Assembly: GCF_036321535.1 (NCBI RefSeq)
Contig: NC_087437.1
Coordinates: forward strand, 78,308,001 to 78,372,000
From: Camelus dromedarius
Taxonomy: Eukaryota
DNA length: 64,000 nt
Direction: 5' to 3'
Below are positions 1-11,975 of this stretch, in pieces (within the stretch, counting starts at the first letter, position 1; every line of letters begins with the position of its first letter). A program made the translations under genes and the position numbers. The notes under the pieces are model-generated. The model was given only the letters and a program-made list of their open reading frames with translations. It searched no databases and was not told the origin of the DNA.

Positions 1-388
1 AACCTACATCTGTTAAAATAAAGAGTTGGGCCAGGTCTCTAGTCCTCTACTTCAATGCTTCTACCCTCTTCTGATTCAAAAATCAGCACTCTAGACTTGA
101 GTTTTCTCACTTGCAAAATCAGTAGCTGTACATTGTTGATAAGGTGATGTACATAAAACCCTAAGCAGAGTGCCAACATAGTGTCAGTGCACAGTGTATG
201 CTAGTTGCTGCCATCATTATTATCAGAGTTACCATTGTGGTTGTCATTGTCAGTCATCATCATCATCGTCCTCATCACCATGGTCATCATCTTCAAGTGT
301 AAATATTATGGGTGATTGGTATTTTCTTTTTTATATTTTTCTATATATTTCAGAATTCTGTATACTTATTCTTTATTAATGTTATAAT

Positions 389-979
389 TGAGACTGAGGG
401 AAGGGGGCAGGGCACAACCACTGAAGGAATGACACAGCCATCGAGGACAGGACAAACTGGTTACAACCAAGCTGGCGGAATATTCGACTTCCAGTAGACC
501 TTGAGCCTCATGGTGCACCCACAGGCACCATGACAGTTCCTAGCTGACCATAAAAGTTCCAAAAGTGGGCAAAGGGCCAATTCCTGGAAATCCCTGCCCC
601 TTCCCCAAAGTAGCTAGAATAATCCTTCTACTTATTAGCATATGAAATTACTGAGCCTATAAAAACTAACAACTCAGCACCTCGTGATCGCTTTCTCTCT
701 TGCATTCTGAGACATCATGCACTCTGTCTATGGCATGTGTATCTATTTTTACTTTAAACTAAACACCTCCACACCTCTCAGTCTCCCTCTTGCATTCTGA
801 GATGGCTCAAATTCTGCCATGGAGTAGATATCACTTAAGCCGCTCTCCCTTCTGAGTGAGATGGCCCCCACTCTGTCTAGGAAGTGTGTAGATGTCTCTA
901 AATAAACTTGCTTTCACTTTGCTATGCCTTCCTCTTGAATTCTTTCCTATGCAAGGCAAGAACCTCTTCTCCAGCAACA
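389..979 (+). mobile_element. ERV1 solo LTR, MER41-like
   Basis: TG start (389) and CAACA end (979); TATA-like CCTATAAAA (~656-664); AATAAACTTGCTTTCACTTT at 901. The block TTCCTGGAAATCCCTGCCCCTTCCCC..GAATAATCC..TTAGCATAT follows the MER41 layout. No clean TSD seen. Confidence 0.75.
581..589 (+). promoter_or_regulatory. GAS (STAT-binding) motif TTCCTGGAA within MER41-like LTR
   Basis: Exact TTCNNNGAA match at the position of the first of the tandem GAS sites in MER41; motif only, no activity shown. Confidence 0.5.
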
Positions 980-1304
980 TCTTGTCACATACTTATTATA
1001 GGTTCATAGAAGAGGTATTGACTTTTGTCATCTGATTCGAAACACATGACAAAGTTGGCAGAATTCGCTAGAATGGATCAGGTTATACTCCACTTCTTTC
1101 CTTTAAAAATGTTACTCATTAGATTGTAAGTAGAGACAAGTTGTCACTAAAATTCAAGCACAACAATTTGTCTCACTTATGAAATATATCCACTAGAAAA
1201 GGGATAAGAAAGTATAGTGCATTTTTATCTTTTCTCTGCAAATTTTGACAAAATCTACTGGTACCTCTCCACGTGGCTACTTCTGTCTGTGTCAGCAAGG
1301 GCAC

Positions 1305-1889
1305 TGCCAAGGAGGAAAACACTTTCCTCTGCCCTCTTAGGTTCAATATTTGGAGTCCTGAAAATTAAACTGACAAAAGACAGATAAATAAAAGAAAAGC
1401 CAAATTTTCATCAAGTCCTTTTATTAACATACATAGGGAAGGTCACAGACAAATGTGATTCCAGGAACTGATTAGACACTGGGGCTTATATACCTTCTTA
1501 ATAGGGGAAGTAAAGGGGGAAAAAGACACTTCTGGGAAAGTGAAAGATGTTTTAACATGGGAAGAGGTGAGGAAGCAGAGAAACTTAGGGGAAAGCAACT
1601 AACTTTCAGGAAAGATAAATGGGCCTTTAAGATAATAGAAAGAGAACTTGAGAGTTTGGGGGCAATGTCTGTTTACGTGTGGGGCTGACATCTTCCTGCC
1701 AGTGGTAAGAATCAATCTCCCCTGGCTGCCAAACCCCAGGAAAGGGGGTTTATGACAATTGAGTTTTTTGGGGATAGAGGCTCTGCTTTTAAGGAAGATA
1801 AGGGAGTTCAGAAAAAAAAAAATCTATTCTCAAATGCCTTTAGCACAAAATAATTTTTATACCACAGTGGACTATCCCTGACCCCTGCA
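1305..1889 (-). mobile_element. ERV1 solo LTR, MER34-like, with 4-bp TSD GCAC
   Basis: TG..CA termini; GCAC at 1301-1304 and 1890-1893; minus strand begins TGCAGGGGTCAGG..GGTATAAAAATTATTTTGTGCTAAAGGCATTTGAGA, resembling MER34-group LTRs. Confidence 0.8.
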
Positions 1890-1971
1890 GCACTGTTCAT
1901 TTCATGATGTGTGAGGAAAGTTTTGAAATATATTGGATGCTCCCTCTGAATAAACAACTTACTCAGATCAG

Positions 1972-2002
1972 TATATATATATATATATATTTTTTTTTTT
2001 TT
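1972..2002. repeat. (TA)n followed by poly-T
   Basis: Direct reading. Confidence 0.9.
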
Positions 2003-2036
2003 CATTTTACTAGGTGGCATTGCTTTAAAAATATAC

Positions 2037-2078
2037 CCAATGGATATTGTGGTTGTACCAATGGGTATTGTGGTTGTA
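2037..2078. repeat. 21-bp tandem duplication CCAATGG(A/G)TATTGTGGTTGTA x2
   Basis: Copies at 2037-2057 and 2058-2078, one mismatch. Confidence 0.9.
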
Positions 2079-2469
2079 CAGAGTCTGGAAAGTTGCTGTT
2101 GGCTCATAAAGAGTGACAGAGAGAACCTGCCTATTAGTGGATCTTCAGTCCTTATCCTCTCTGGAACCTCCTTGTGTAAGTGGAATCACTCCCCAAATGT
2201 TTCATAGAGATAACAGTTGTGTGATCCTGGTGTTTGCAGATGGAAACAGTAATTTTATTTATTTCACATTTGAAGAAATTAAGATTTTTAACACTGTTCC
2301 TCACTTGATTTACACTTTTAGATCAACTTGGCGCATATCTAATAGATCTGCATTCAGTTGACGCATCAACATTTTTACATCTGTAACTCAATTTAAATCT
2401 TAAATGACCTAGTGCCACATTGAGGCATTTTCTTCCCAGCAGCTGTGCTATCAGGAAGAGATTTAAGAA

Positions 2470-3000
2470 TTCTCTTATGTAATCAACCCATGTTCACTGC
2501 AAAAAGTAAATAGAAAATTCATATAAGCAAAAAGAAAGATGGAAAACTTTAGATAAATATATGAACAAGAGATAACACTGTTAAAAATTTTATGTTCTTC
2601 TAGACATGCAACACAAATGTATATAAATTATTTTATGAAACGAGGAGGGGACTAGTCTTCATACTGTTTTGTAATTTGCTTTTCTCCCTGAGAATTGTAT
2701 CCTGAATATTCTTCTTTTTCAAATATTGCCTTTGTCCCCTTATAAAATTGAAACATACTTTAAAAAACTGTACCCTATCCTCGGATATTCAGATTGTGTC
2801 ACTATTTCAGTAATAAAAGCATTTTACTTTGACCATCCTTTTCATGTATATTTATACACATATCATGTTAGATATATATCCTATTCAGAATACATCCTTA
2901 GAAATATGTTTCAAGGTTTACAAATATTTTTAAGTAACCGCAATTTTGCAAATTATAATCTTTACTTTTAATAAGTGAGGTTTTTCTATTTGCTGTTAAT
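2470..3000 (-). mobile_element. Highly decayed L1M(E)-type 3' fragment
   Basis: Diverged antisense old-L1 3' UTR motifs (CATACTGTTTTGTAATTTGCTTTT..); boundaries approximate. Confidence 0.4.
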
Positions 3001-6000
3001 GAATGTATAACTGCCCTCTGCCCTCTGTCTTTGCCCCCATGATAGTCCCATGTTCCTGCTTCCCTGATTTAAATTTCTTTGGTGTTTTTCTTTTTCCTTT
3101 ATTTAGTGCTTTTAATTTATGTTTCTGACTGTCTGTTGAATTGGCAAACAATAGATCAAAGATGAAAAATAATGTAAGTGACAGTGTGATGTTGCTTAAA
3201 TGCAAACGAATAATAATGCCTTTTAATTTAAAACTATAAAACTCACATAAATGATGAATGGAAAGTAACTTGGGAATAAAAATATAGGCCTATGAAACTG
3301 TGGAGAAACACAAATGTTTAAGATGATAAAGAATTCTTCTATTTTTTAGTACTCCTCTTTCTTAATCTCACATCAACTTACGAAAACCACTCAGCCTCAG
3401 TCCCACATTGGACTGCCTGTGAAGTGTACTGTATTAATATCTCCTGTTGCCTAAGGATTTATATAGGAAAGACTTTCAAAATTTTATGAACAGTGAATAG
3501 AGTAAGAATGTTTTTCACCATTTAGAAAAGTAACTGTACAAAAGTAACTTGTCAACCTATTTGAAATTAGTTCACTTTATGCTGATAGTTTATACAATGA
3601 AAGTTATTACTAAGAATAAAGAAAGTAGAGGTACAAGTTTGTGGAATCTCAGCTAGATTATATAAAATAATCCATGTTTCAGAGTTCAGGTGGGTGGTTG
3701 TCACAAAATGATCTGACGTATGTCACTCTTTAATAGAGCTGTTGAGAAGATTACAGAAAGATTATGTAATCAAAAGCATAGTTCTCTTGAAATGAATAAC
3801 ACTGTTTGATACAGAGATCATTAAACTTCTTTAATCTATTATTGGAAAAGCCTTCTTTTGTATTCCCAGGTCCACACATCTATTAATTAAAACTGGAATG
3901 GACCTGAGGCTTCTCTGATAGCACCAGGGTTCTTTGTTTCCATTGCACTTAGTACATTCCTCAGGTAAAGCCCTTTGCCACACCGGAATGTTATTGATCA
4001 TTTTAAATAGCTTTCTTCTCTTCTAACTTTTGAGCAGCGTAACTCTCATTCATTCTTCTGTCCCTAGCAGCTAGCTCAGTGATTTGTACATTGAAAAATG
4101 TCCAGATCAGGTACTGCTTTGTCACCCAAAAGCTCACCTAGGTATCACCCGTTGGCCCCAGCTCAGTGATTTAGACACTTTACATATCACCCAGGTGAAG
4201 CCAATAGAGACATTGACAAACAAGCTGTTAGGCAGAGTGGGGAAGGTTTTTTCTTTGTAGATTCATTTATGTAGTATAGGAGTCATCCTGACAATTTAAA
4301 AATTGTATTTTTCCTTTTGCAGTACGTACATTCTTATAAAAACAAGGTTTCATTAAAAAAAATTTGTTTGTGAAATGAAATAACTTATAAAAACCAGAAT
4401 TAGTTATGGATTCCTCAGTGTCACATGTGCATCTCGCCTTTCACAGGTTACATTTGTTTTTGTTGATGTTGATAGTGGAGTAACTCCTGATAGGCTTTGG
4501 TGGGAATACTTTTTTGAGCGTTTATGTATGAATAATATTATTATTTGTTAGCAATCATTGTTAAGTAGTAGTGAGTAAGTACGTGGCACTGACATTTTGA
4601 TGGCCTCTGTTGCATTACCTCCCGTGTTTTAACAGTTCCCTGAGTAGCTGCAGTGGCTGATGAGATTACTGTCCTGCTGTGGGTATCTGCGCCTAGACAG
4701 GGGGAATGGCTGGCTCTAGCCTTCCCGTGGCATTTCTCATTCCCACTGCTCACTCTTGTTGGAAGGAATGTAGAGGAAATAAAAGATAATAAACATTGAG
4801 TAACTTAATTCTTATATTTCTAAAGATTCAAAAGTATTATTTTTACTTGAGGGTTTCATCTTTTCTATCAATAAAAATTAAAACATATTATTTTCTTTCC
4901 TTTTAACTTCAAATATGTTTTTTTAAAACCATGAATCATTATTACTATACTCGTAACTCTTCCTGGGGGTCACACCGATTGCTGAAATTACATTCTAAAA
5001 AAGATATTTTTGATATTTTAAATGATTGTTGTTGAAGTTAATTTAGCTTGAAAAGGATAAATCTGGTGACAATCTAATATACTCACAGCTTTTGTTCTTC
5101 TGTCATTCTCTCTGCATGTGCCCTGCTCTTGATTATAATTTAGAGGTAAGTTTTTGCTGTCACATAGGCTGAACTAGAATGACATTTCGTTTTCTTAAGA
5201 TGTGCACACCCTGGAGATGGCTGGTTAATTATAATGTGAAAGCTGAAGCAAGAGGTGAGATCATGTGACATGAAAATCAAACACTATTATGTGCCCACAA
5301 TCTCAAAGTCTCACTTGTGATTCTGGAAAGCCATGGGGACGTCTGAGAGAGACAAGAACATAGAAGTCTGCTCTACAGGGCAGGTCACCTGGCCCAGAGA
5401 AACTGTGTACTGTTAACTTCCCAAGAGTATCTTTCTATAAAAACAATTTTAACAAAGTGGTTTTTTTTGGAATAAGAGTTGAGGAGAATAGGTCTTAGGA
5501 GGGATACAAAGAGATATAAACTGACTCTTTACTGTTTTACTCCTTAAAAAATGAATATGAAAATTTTAAGATTTAAAAGATAGTAATGTTGGATAAATAT
5601 TATGGACGTTGGTCTCTATGCTTCTGAATGTATTTGAATTCATCAAATATAAATTACATTAAAATAATGTGTTAAATGGAGAAGTGCAAAGGCAATTTCT
5701 CATTCTACCATCCTAAAATTTCAAGAAGACAAAACTCTTTCAGATAACTAAAGTAATTGGGAAATGTGACCTGAAAATAAGGGTGAATAAAATTAGTGTC
5801 GATTTACTGCAGTAGGCTAGATAATAGTCTTCACAAAATTTTGAGCGTTTATGTAAGTAGCAGATCTCTTTTTGTGTGAGGAAGTAGAGAAAATGAGGAA
5901 ATAATTTGTATTGTGATTATCAACTCAAGCTATCACTTAAAATCTCAGTCTTAAAGATAAAGGCTTAAAATCTGACTTGATCAAGAATACAACTAAAATA

Positions 6001-6503
6001 TCAAACATTAGCATATGTCATATTAAAAAGAACATATAAGATATTATCTCAAACTTTGAAACTATTTTGATGCTTTGCCATCTGGAAAAATGTTTACAGC
6101 TTTAATTGTCACAGCGTGAGATAGCTAAAATTGAAACAGAAAAAGTCTAAGAAAGGTTGCAAAAACAATGCAGAAAAAGAGAATAGGGTGAGATGTTGCG
6201 TGAGGATTTTTCAGTCGTGCAGGGCAAACTCTGGGAGAAGGTGTGCGGTTACTATCCAAAAAAGTGTGGCCACTTATCCAAGCCTAGCATAATTTACAAG
6301 TGGACACCCTTTGTTGCTTGTGAGAGGTTAACTTGTCCCTCACAAAACAGATAACATTTTCTAAGAGTAGGGTGACATAAAACTACAGATGGATTGAAAG
6401 AAGTTTAGAAAAAATCATTAGTCATTTATCCATGATGGCTAACTGGGAGAAATGTGGCTGTTGAGGGGAAGAAAATCATTATTTCTCTCCTATCCTACCT
6501 CCC

Positions 6504-6928
6504 CTCTCTTTGACCAAACTTTAGGCAGGCTCCTCTGAACTCTCTTTTCAACCGGGTTTCATCCTTGGGCCCGGCCTTTGGCCTGCCTAGTATAGTTACA
6601 ACAGAAAGCCTGCTAAGTCAGTTTAGCGAGCATCCCGCCCACCCACTGACATCTGATGACCCTGGCCTGCCTTCAGCAACAATCCTGTTAGGTCAGTTTA
6701 GCAAGAAACTCTCTACCCTTGATGTCTCTCTCCTCTTAGAATTTTCCATCCCCTGACCCCCTTGCTCTTCTGGCTGACGGAAAATCCCCAGCTGTCTGCT
6801 GTACTTGGAGTGGGGCCTGACCTGATCTCCCTTCCCTATTGTGATAATCTTGACACCTATTGTGACAGTCCTGATAAAGTTTTTCTTACTGTTTTAACAA
6901 GTGTCAGAATACATTTTTTTCTTTAATA
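6504..6928 (+). mobile_element. ERV1 LTR, MER31-like
   Basis: CTCTCTTTGACCAAACTTTAGGCAGGCTCCTCTGA start and two GTCAGTTTAGC(G/A)AG motifs; degenerate polyA signal GATAAAG and end CTTTAATA. Confidence 0.65.
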
Positions 6929-7439
6929 CCTGTCTATTCTTTCTTCTGCTAAAGACAGAATGCTGGGGTCAAATCCAGCATAGGAATTCTCATGATCTTT
7001 TAAACATGGTGTAGATAGGAATAAGATTAAATTTACACTTGTGTCTTGAGTGGCTCACATATGAAAGGCCCTATTTGTACTAATCACTTAGGAATATATA
7101 TATAATATATATATTTTATATATATATAATATATATATAAAACTTTAAAAGCTTATGGGCAAAATAAGAAAATAATGTACACACAAAACAAGAATAAAAG
7201 CACAAGGGAGCAGTCACATTGAATCACTAGTGGTAGATTTCATGAAGAACTGGAGGAATTAATAGGGTAATAAAAGGGACAGATGGAGTGGATTTCACAA
7301 AGAATAACTTTACAATGATTCAAAACGCAGAAGTTTAGGTAGTAAATTTAATTAAGGTGGTGCTGATAATATATACAAGAGAGGCCCTCCCAGCAGAAGA
7401 CACTGAATGAGAAAAGTTCCTCTGTCTCAAAGAAGAGTG

Positions 7440-7650
7440 AATTTGAGTATAGTAGATATGGTGTAAATCTCTGCCACTTACCATATAAGCTTATTTAAAA
7501 TATCTACCTCTCTGCATCTCAGTTTCCTCATTCATAATAAAAACTAGAATATTTTACAAGCCTATTTCTGTGACTAAAAAAATATGATAATGAATGCAAA
7601 GTGCTTTGTTAATTGTAAAACATTATTATGCAACTGTAAAGGATTATTAC
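7440..7650 (+). mobile_element. MIR SINE fragment
   Basis: CTCTGCCACTTAC..CTCTCTGCATCTCAGTTTCCTCAT..AAAGTGCTTTG core. Confidence 0.6.
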
Positions 7651-7659
7651 TTAATTCTC

Positions 7660-8170
7660 AATGCATTGGGGAGCACTGAAGAATTTTGAGATGCTAAAAA
7701 ATATAATCATAATCTCATTTTAGAAATATTTACTGGGCAAAGTTACAGGGAGATAACATGAAAGCAACAAGTCTATTGCAGTGGTTCCAGGGAGAGACAA
7801 GGAGAATTAAAACACAGCGATAGGCAGTTAAGAGACAACTTGTGTTGAATTTTAGCAACTGGTTAGAAATGGGGGGAAAAAAAAGGAGAAAACAAAGATG
7901 ACTCCAGAGTTCCAACTTTGATGAGAATGGTATCATTAACAGAAGGAAAAAATCATGAGAGAAGAGTTCAGAAGAAAGACAATGAGCTTGACTTTGAAAA
8001 GATAGGTTTAAGGATTCCAGTGAGATATTCAGGCAAAAATGCCCAGCAGGAATTGAAAATAAAGCATAGCTGAGGGATCTGGGAAAGAGATAAAGATCTG
8101 GAAATCAGTTATTAGTCATTTACTAATCACTGGTTAGTATCAGTTGATACAATAGAAATGAATATAGATG
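7660..8170 (-). mobile_element. L2 LINE fragment
   Basis: Purine-rich decayed L2-type motifs (GATGACTCCAGAG..GAGAATGGTATCATTAACAGA..GATCTGGAAATCA). Confidence 0.5.
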
Positions 8171-8431
8171 GTGGTGAAAAATAATGGTGAATGAATCACA
8201 CTATGGTGATGTTGATAAAATTCTAATTGGTAACATCTACTTTTGAGATTAGAAATGTCATCTATTGAGAGTGAGAGTTTATGGATTATATTGAGACCTT
8301 ACAGATTATCTACTGAGAATGCCAGATCATATCGGTTAATTAAAGACCAGTTGTAATATTAGAAGACAGCTGTATGAGGCCATCTGAGTTTCTTCTGGAA
8401 ATCCGTGTTCTTTTAGGAAAGTGTCCCATCC

Positions 8432-8765
8432 TGTCAGTTCAGACTGCTATAATAAATAGATGTGGCTTGCACAGCAGAAATTATTTCTCACAGGTCTGGA
8501 GAATGGAAAGTCCAAGATCAGCATAGTCAAGTCCTGGTGATAATTCACTTCCTGGTTAGCAGGTGGCTGTCTTCTTGCCGTGTCCTCACATGGCAGAGAA
8601 CAGAGAGCTCTAGTCCCTCTTCTTATGAAGACAATAATCCCATCGTAGGGGCTCCACCATTATGACTTCATCTAACCCTAATTACCTCTCAAAGGCCATG
8701 TTTTAATCCTTTTCATCTGGGGTTAGAGTTTCAATGAATACATTTTAGGGAGACACAAACATATC
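8432..8765 (-). mobile_element. ERVL-MaLR LTR (MLT1-type)
   Basis: AGAAATTATTTCTCACAGGTCTGGAG..AAGTCCAAGATC..CTAACCCTAATTACCTC antisense MLT1 hallmarks. Confidence 0.75.
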
Positions 8766-8802
8766 CTCATTTGTAGGGTTACCATTCAAAGAGCATAGTT
8801 CT

Positions 8803-8835
8803 ATCGCTTCTTGGCCTTTTGGCTAAGATCATGTG
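8803..8835 (+). pseudogene. 3'-truncated U2 snRNA retropseudogene (U2 nt 1 to ~33-35)
   Basis: ATCGCTTCTTGGCCTTTTGGCTAAGATCATGTG matches the U2 5' end ATCGCTTCTCGGCCTTTTGGCTAAGATCAAGTG with 2 mismatches; flanked by (C)AAAGAGCATAGTTCT at 8787-8802 and 8836-8851. Confidence 0.95.
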
Positions 8836-8890
8836 CAAAGAGCATAGTTCTACAACCATAAGGGGAAAGGTCTTTCCAGGCTTGCCAACG

Positions 8891-9364
8891 GTGGTAGGCA
8901 GGAAAACGTTCCCTAAAAAATACCCATGTTCTTATCCCTGGAGACTAAAAATATGTTGCATTACATAATAAAAAAGATATCCATTGCACGTGTGATTAAG
9001 TTAATGATCTTGAGATGGGGAGATTATCTTGGACTAAAGGGGCTGACCCAGTGAAGTCATAAGACTCTTTATAAGAGGGAGGCAATAGAGGCAGCCAGAG
9101 AAGGAGATGATGGATGCTATGATTTTGGCTTCGAAGTAAAAGAAGGGGCCAGGAGCCAAAGAAAGCAAGCAGGCATTGGAAAAGGGACGGAAATAGATTC
9201 TCCTTTATAGCCTCTAAGAGAAATGCTGGACTCTTTAACATGTTGATTTGAGTCCAGTAGTACGATTTCAGGCTTCTGTTCTCCAGAACTTAGGAGAATA
9301 ATTTTATATTATTTTAAACTCTTAAGAGAGTGGTATTTGAGGTAGTAACTATGAAACGAATATA
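8891..9364 (+). mobile_element. ERVL-MaLR LTR (MLT1C/D-like)
   Basis: GTGGTAGGCAG start; GTGATTAAGTTAA..CTTGAGATGGGGAGATTATCTTGGA; TTCTCCAGAACT; end ATGAAACGAATATA. Confidence 0.75.
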
Positions 9365-10233
9365 CTTATCAACATACTTGGCCCTCCTTTTCAGAGAAAT
9401 TATTTCAGGCCAGCTAACCATAAATTATTTCTCTTCTTGGTGATTCAAACAAGAACAATAGTCCCACTGGTTGATATGAATACTGGAAGACATAATTGAC
9501 ATGTGATAGATCTCTATTTGGGTATCTACTAAAAAGGACCCATAAAACTCAAATCAAAAGAGATCATCTCTGTCATCATACAGAGAGTGTGTGTCTAAAA
9601 ATAGCACAGAGCTAAACATAATCAAGAAATTGGGAAAAACAAAGCAAACAATAGATTCCTGATGTCTTTGGCTGATCAAGGATTCCACTATAACAACTTC
9701 AAAAATCCATGAGCCAATATTTTCTTTAAATAAAATTTGAGTTGAATTTATTAAGTTGACTGAAAAACCCTAGACCAATACACAGGATAAAAGACATACT
9801 ATGACTCAAAATGGAAAGAGTGGAGCTGGAATTAATTGGCACAAAGCATATTAAGAAATTGTAAAATTTGCTGGCATATTGAAGCTCCTGAAATTGATAT
9901 TACAGAATAGGAGAAAGAAAAATGCAGAAAACAAGTGTTAAATGGTTGAATTAAGTAGGAATGAGCTTAAAAATTGGTAGGTAGAGAAAAGTAGAAGAGA
10001 GTATTAGAAATAATTGGTATGACTTCTAAAGGGAGTTGTATGATAAAGAATTATGAGAGACATCTAGAAACAGTATTATGGGCAGGCATGTGTGTGACCC
10101 CCTTGACTAACAGAACATAGGAGGAAGCTAATGAGAATAGCTCTGCATTGGAAGAATCAGTGTTGTTCAATGAAGAGAACTGGGGGAAAATGGAATTATG
10201 AAATTTAAGCAACCCATATACTTCAGAAATTTT

Positions 10234-11297
10234 ATTTTATTTTATTATTTTTTGGGTTTGAATTTTTTTACTATTTTTAAATTTTATTTTTATACAATTT
10301 TGAAAAGTTACTTTCCACTTATAGTTATTTCAAAATATTGGCTATTTTCCTTGTATTGTATAATACATCCTTGAGCCTATCTTACACCCAATAGTTTGTA
10401 CCTCCCAAACCCCCTTCTCCCAACTGGTAACCACTAGTTTATTCTCTGTATCTGTGAGTCTGCTTCTTTTTTGTTATGGTCACCAGTTGTATTTTTTAGA
10501 TTCTGTATATAAGTGATGCCATACAGTATCTGTCTTTTTCTGTCTGACTTATTTCACTTAGCATACTGCCCTCCAAGTCCACCCATGTTGCTGCAAATGG
10601 CAAAATTTTGTTCCTTTTTATGGCTGAGAAGTAAAGTATTCCATTTTGTGTGTGTGTGTGTGTGTATCACATCTTCTTTATCCATTCATCTGTTGATGGA
10701 CACTAAAAGAAACCATCAACAAAAAGAAAAGACAACCTACTGAATGGGAGAAAATATTTGCAAATTATATGACTGATAAGGGATTGCTATCCAACATATA
10801 TAAACAGCTCACACACGTCAACATCAATAAAACAACCCAATAAAACAATGGACAGAAGAGCTGAATAGACATTTTTCCAAAGAGAAAATGCAGATGGCCA
10901 ACAGGCACATATAAAGATGCTCACTGTGATGCTCAACTTTGTTAATCATCAAAGAAATGCAAATCAAAACCACAGTGAGATATTTCCTCACACCTATCAG
11001 AATGGCTGTCATCAAAAAGAACACAAATAACAAATTTTGGCAGGAATGTGGAGAAAAGAAAACCCTTGCACACTGTTGGTGGGAATGTAAATTGGTGCAG
11101 CCATTATGAAAAGCAGTAGGAGGTTTCTCAAAAAACTAAAAACAGAACTACCACATGACCTAGCAATTCCACTCTTGGGTATATATACAAAAAAAAAAAC
11201 CCACAAAAACTAATTTGAAAAGATACATGAACCCCAATGTTCATAGCAACATTATTTACAACTGCCAAGACATGGAGACAACCTAAGTGCCCATGAA
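10234..11297 (-). mobile_element. 5'-truncated L1 with inverted 5' segment (twin priming), TSD CAGAAATTTT(A)
   Basis: T-rich tail and antisense 3' UTR ~10234-10703, then sense-oriented ORF2 C-terminal sequence ~10704-11300; CAGAAATTTTA at 10224-10234 and 11298-11308. Confidence 0.85.
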
Positions 11298-11568
11298 CAG
11301 AAATTTTAGATTTGTGATTTTTAAAAATGTTTTAGTTCTCTAACCAAAATTTAAAGTGTAACTGGTAAGAGAAAATTTCACCTGAATGGAAGGATCCCAT
11401 GGTACTCAACTGAGCCAGAGTTTTCTAATGCATAGGAAATTGATTCTTTTCCGAACTGGTAGTCGGTGATAGAAGAGAAGAAGTAAGAGGTAGAGGAAGG
11501 GAAGGGAAGTGGGGGGAAGAGAAGAAGGAATGGCTTTAGGAAAAGGATCAAAAGCACAGTTAGCAATA

Positions 11569-11975
11569 GAAGTGTAGTAAGCCAGAAAGAGAAAGAAAAG
11601 TATCATATATCACTCATATGTGGAATCAAGAAAAGACATAAATGAACTTATGTTCAAAGCAGAATCAGACTCACAGATATAGAAAACAAGCTTACAGTTA
11701 CAGGAGGCAGAGAGGATAGGGAGGAATACATTGGGAATTTAGGATTTGCAGACACTAACTAGTATATATATAAAACAAATAAATGACAAGTTCATACTGT
11801 ATAGCACAGGGAACTATATTCAATATCTTGTAATTGCCTATAGTTAAAAAGAATATGAAAATAAATACATATATGTATATGTATGACTGAAACATTATGC
11901 TGTACACCAGAAATTGACACAACACTGTAAACTGACTATACTTCAATTTAAAAAAGCAAAAACAAAAACAAGAAA
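11569..11975 (+). mobile_element. L1 3' end (camelid/artiodactyl-type) with A-rich tail
   Basis: CACTCATATGTGGAATC..GTATAGCACAGGGAACTATATTCAATATCTTGTA..AACTGACTATACTTCAATTTAAAAAAG; same family as copies at 44.6, 46.4 and 56.0 kb. Confidence 0.85.

Noticed and set aside
194..379. Ser/His-rich ORF
   Set aside because: Produced by a degenerate (CAT)n microsatellite at the tail of a MIR-like remnant.
8803..8835. Functional U2 snRNA gene
   Set aside because: Only about 33 of roughly 190 nt, no Sm site or 3' stems, and flanked by a TSD.
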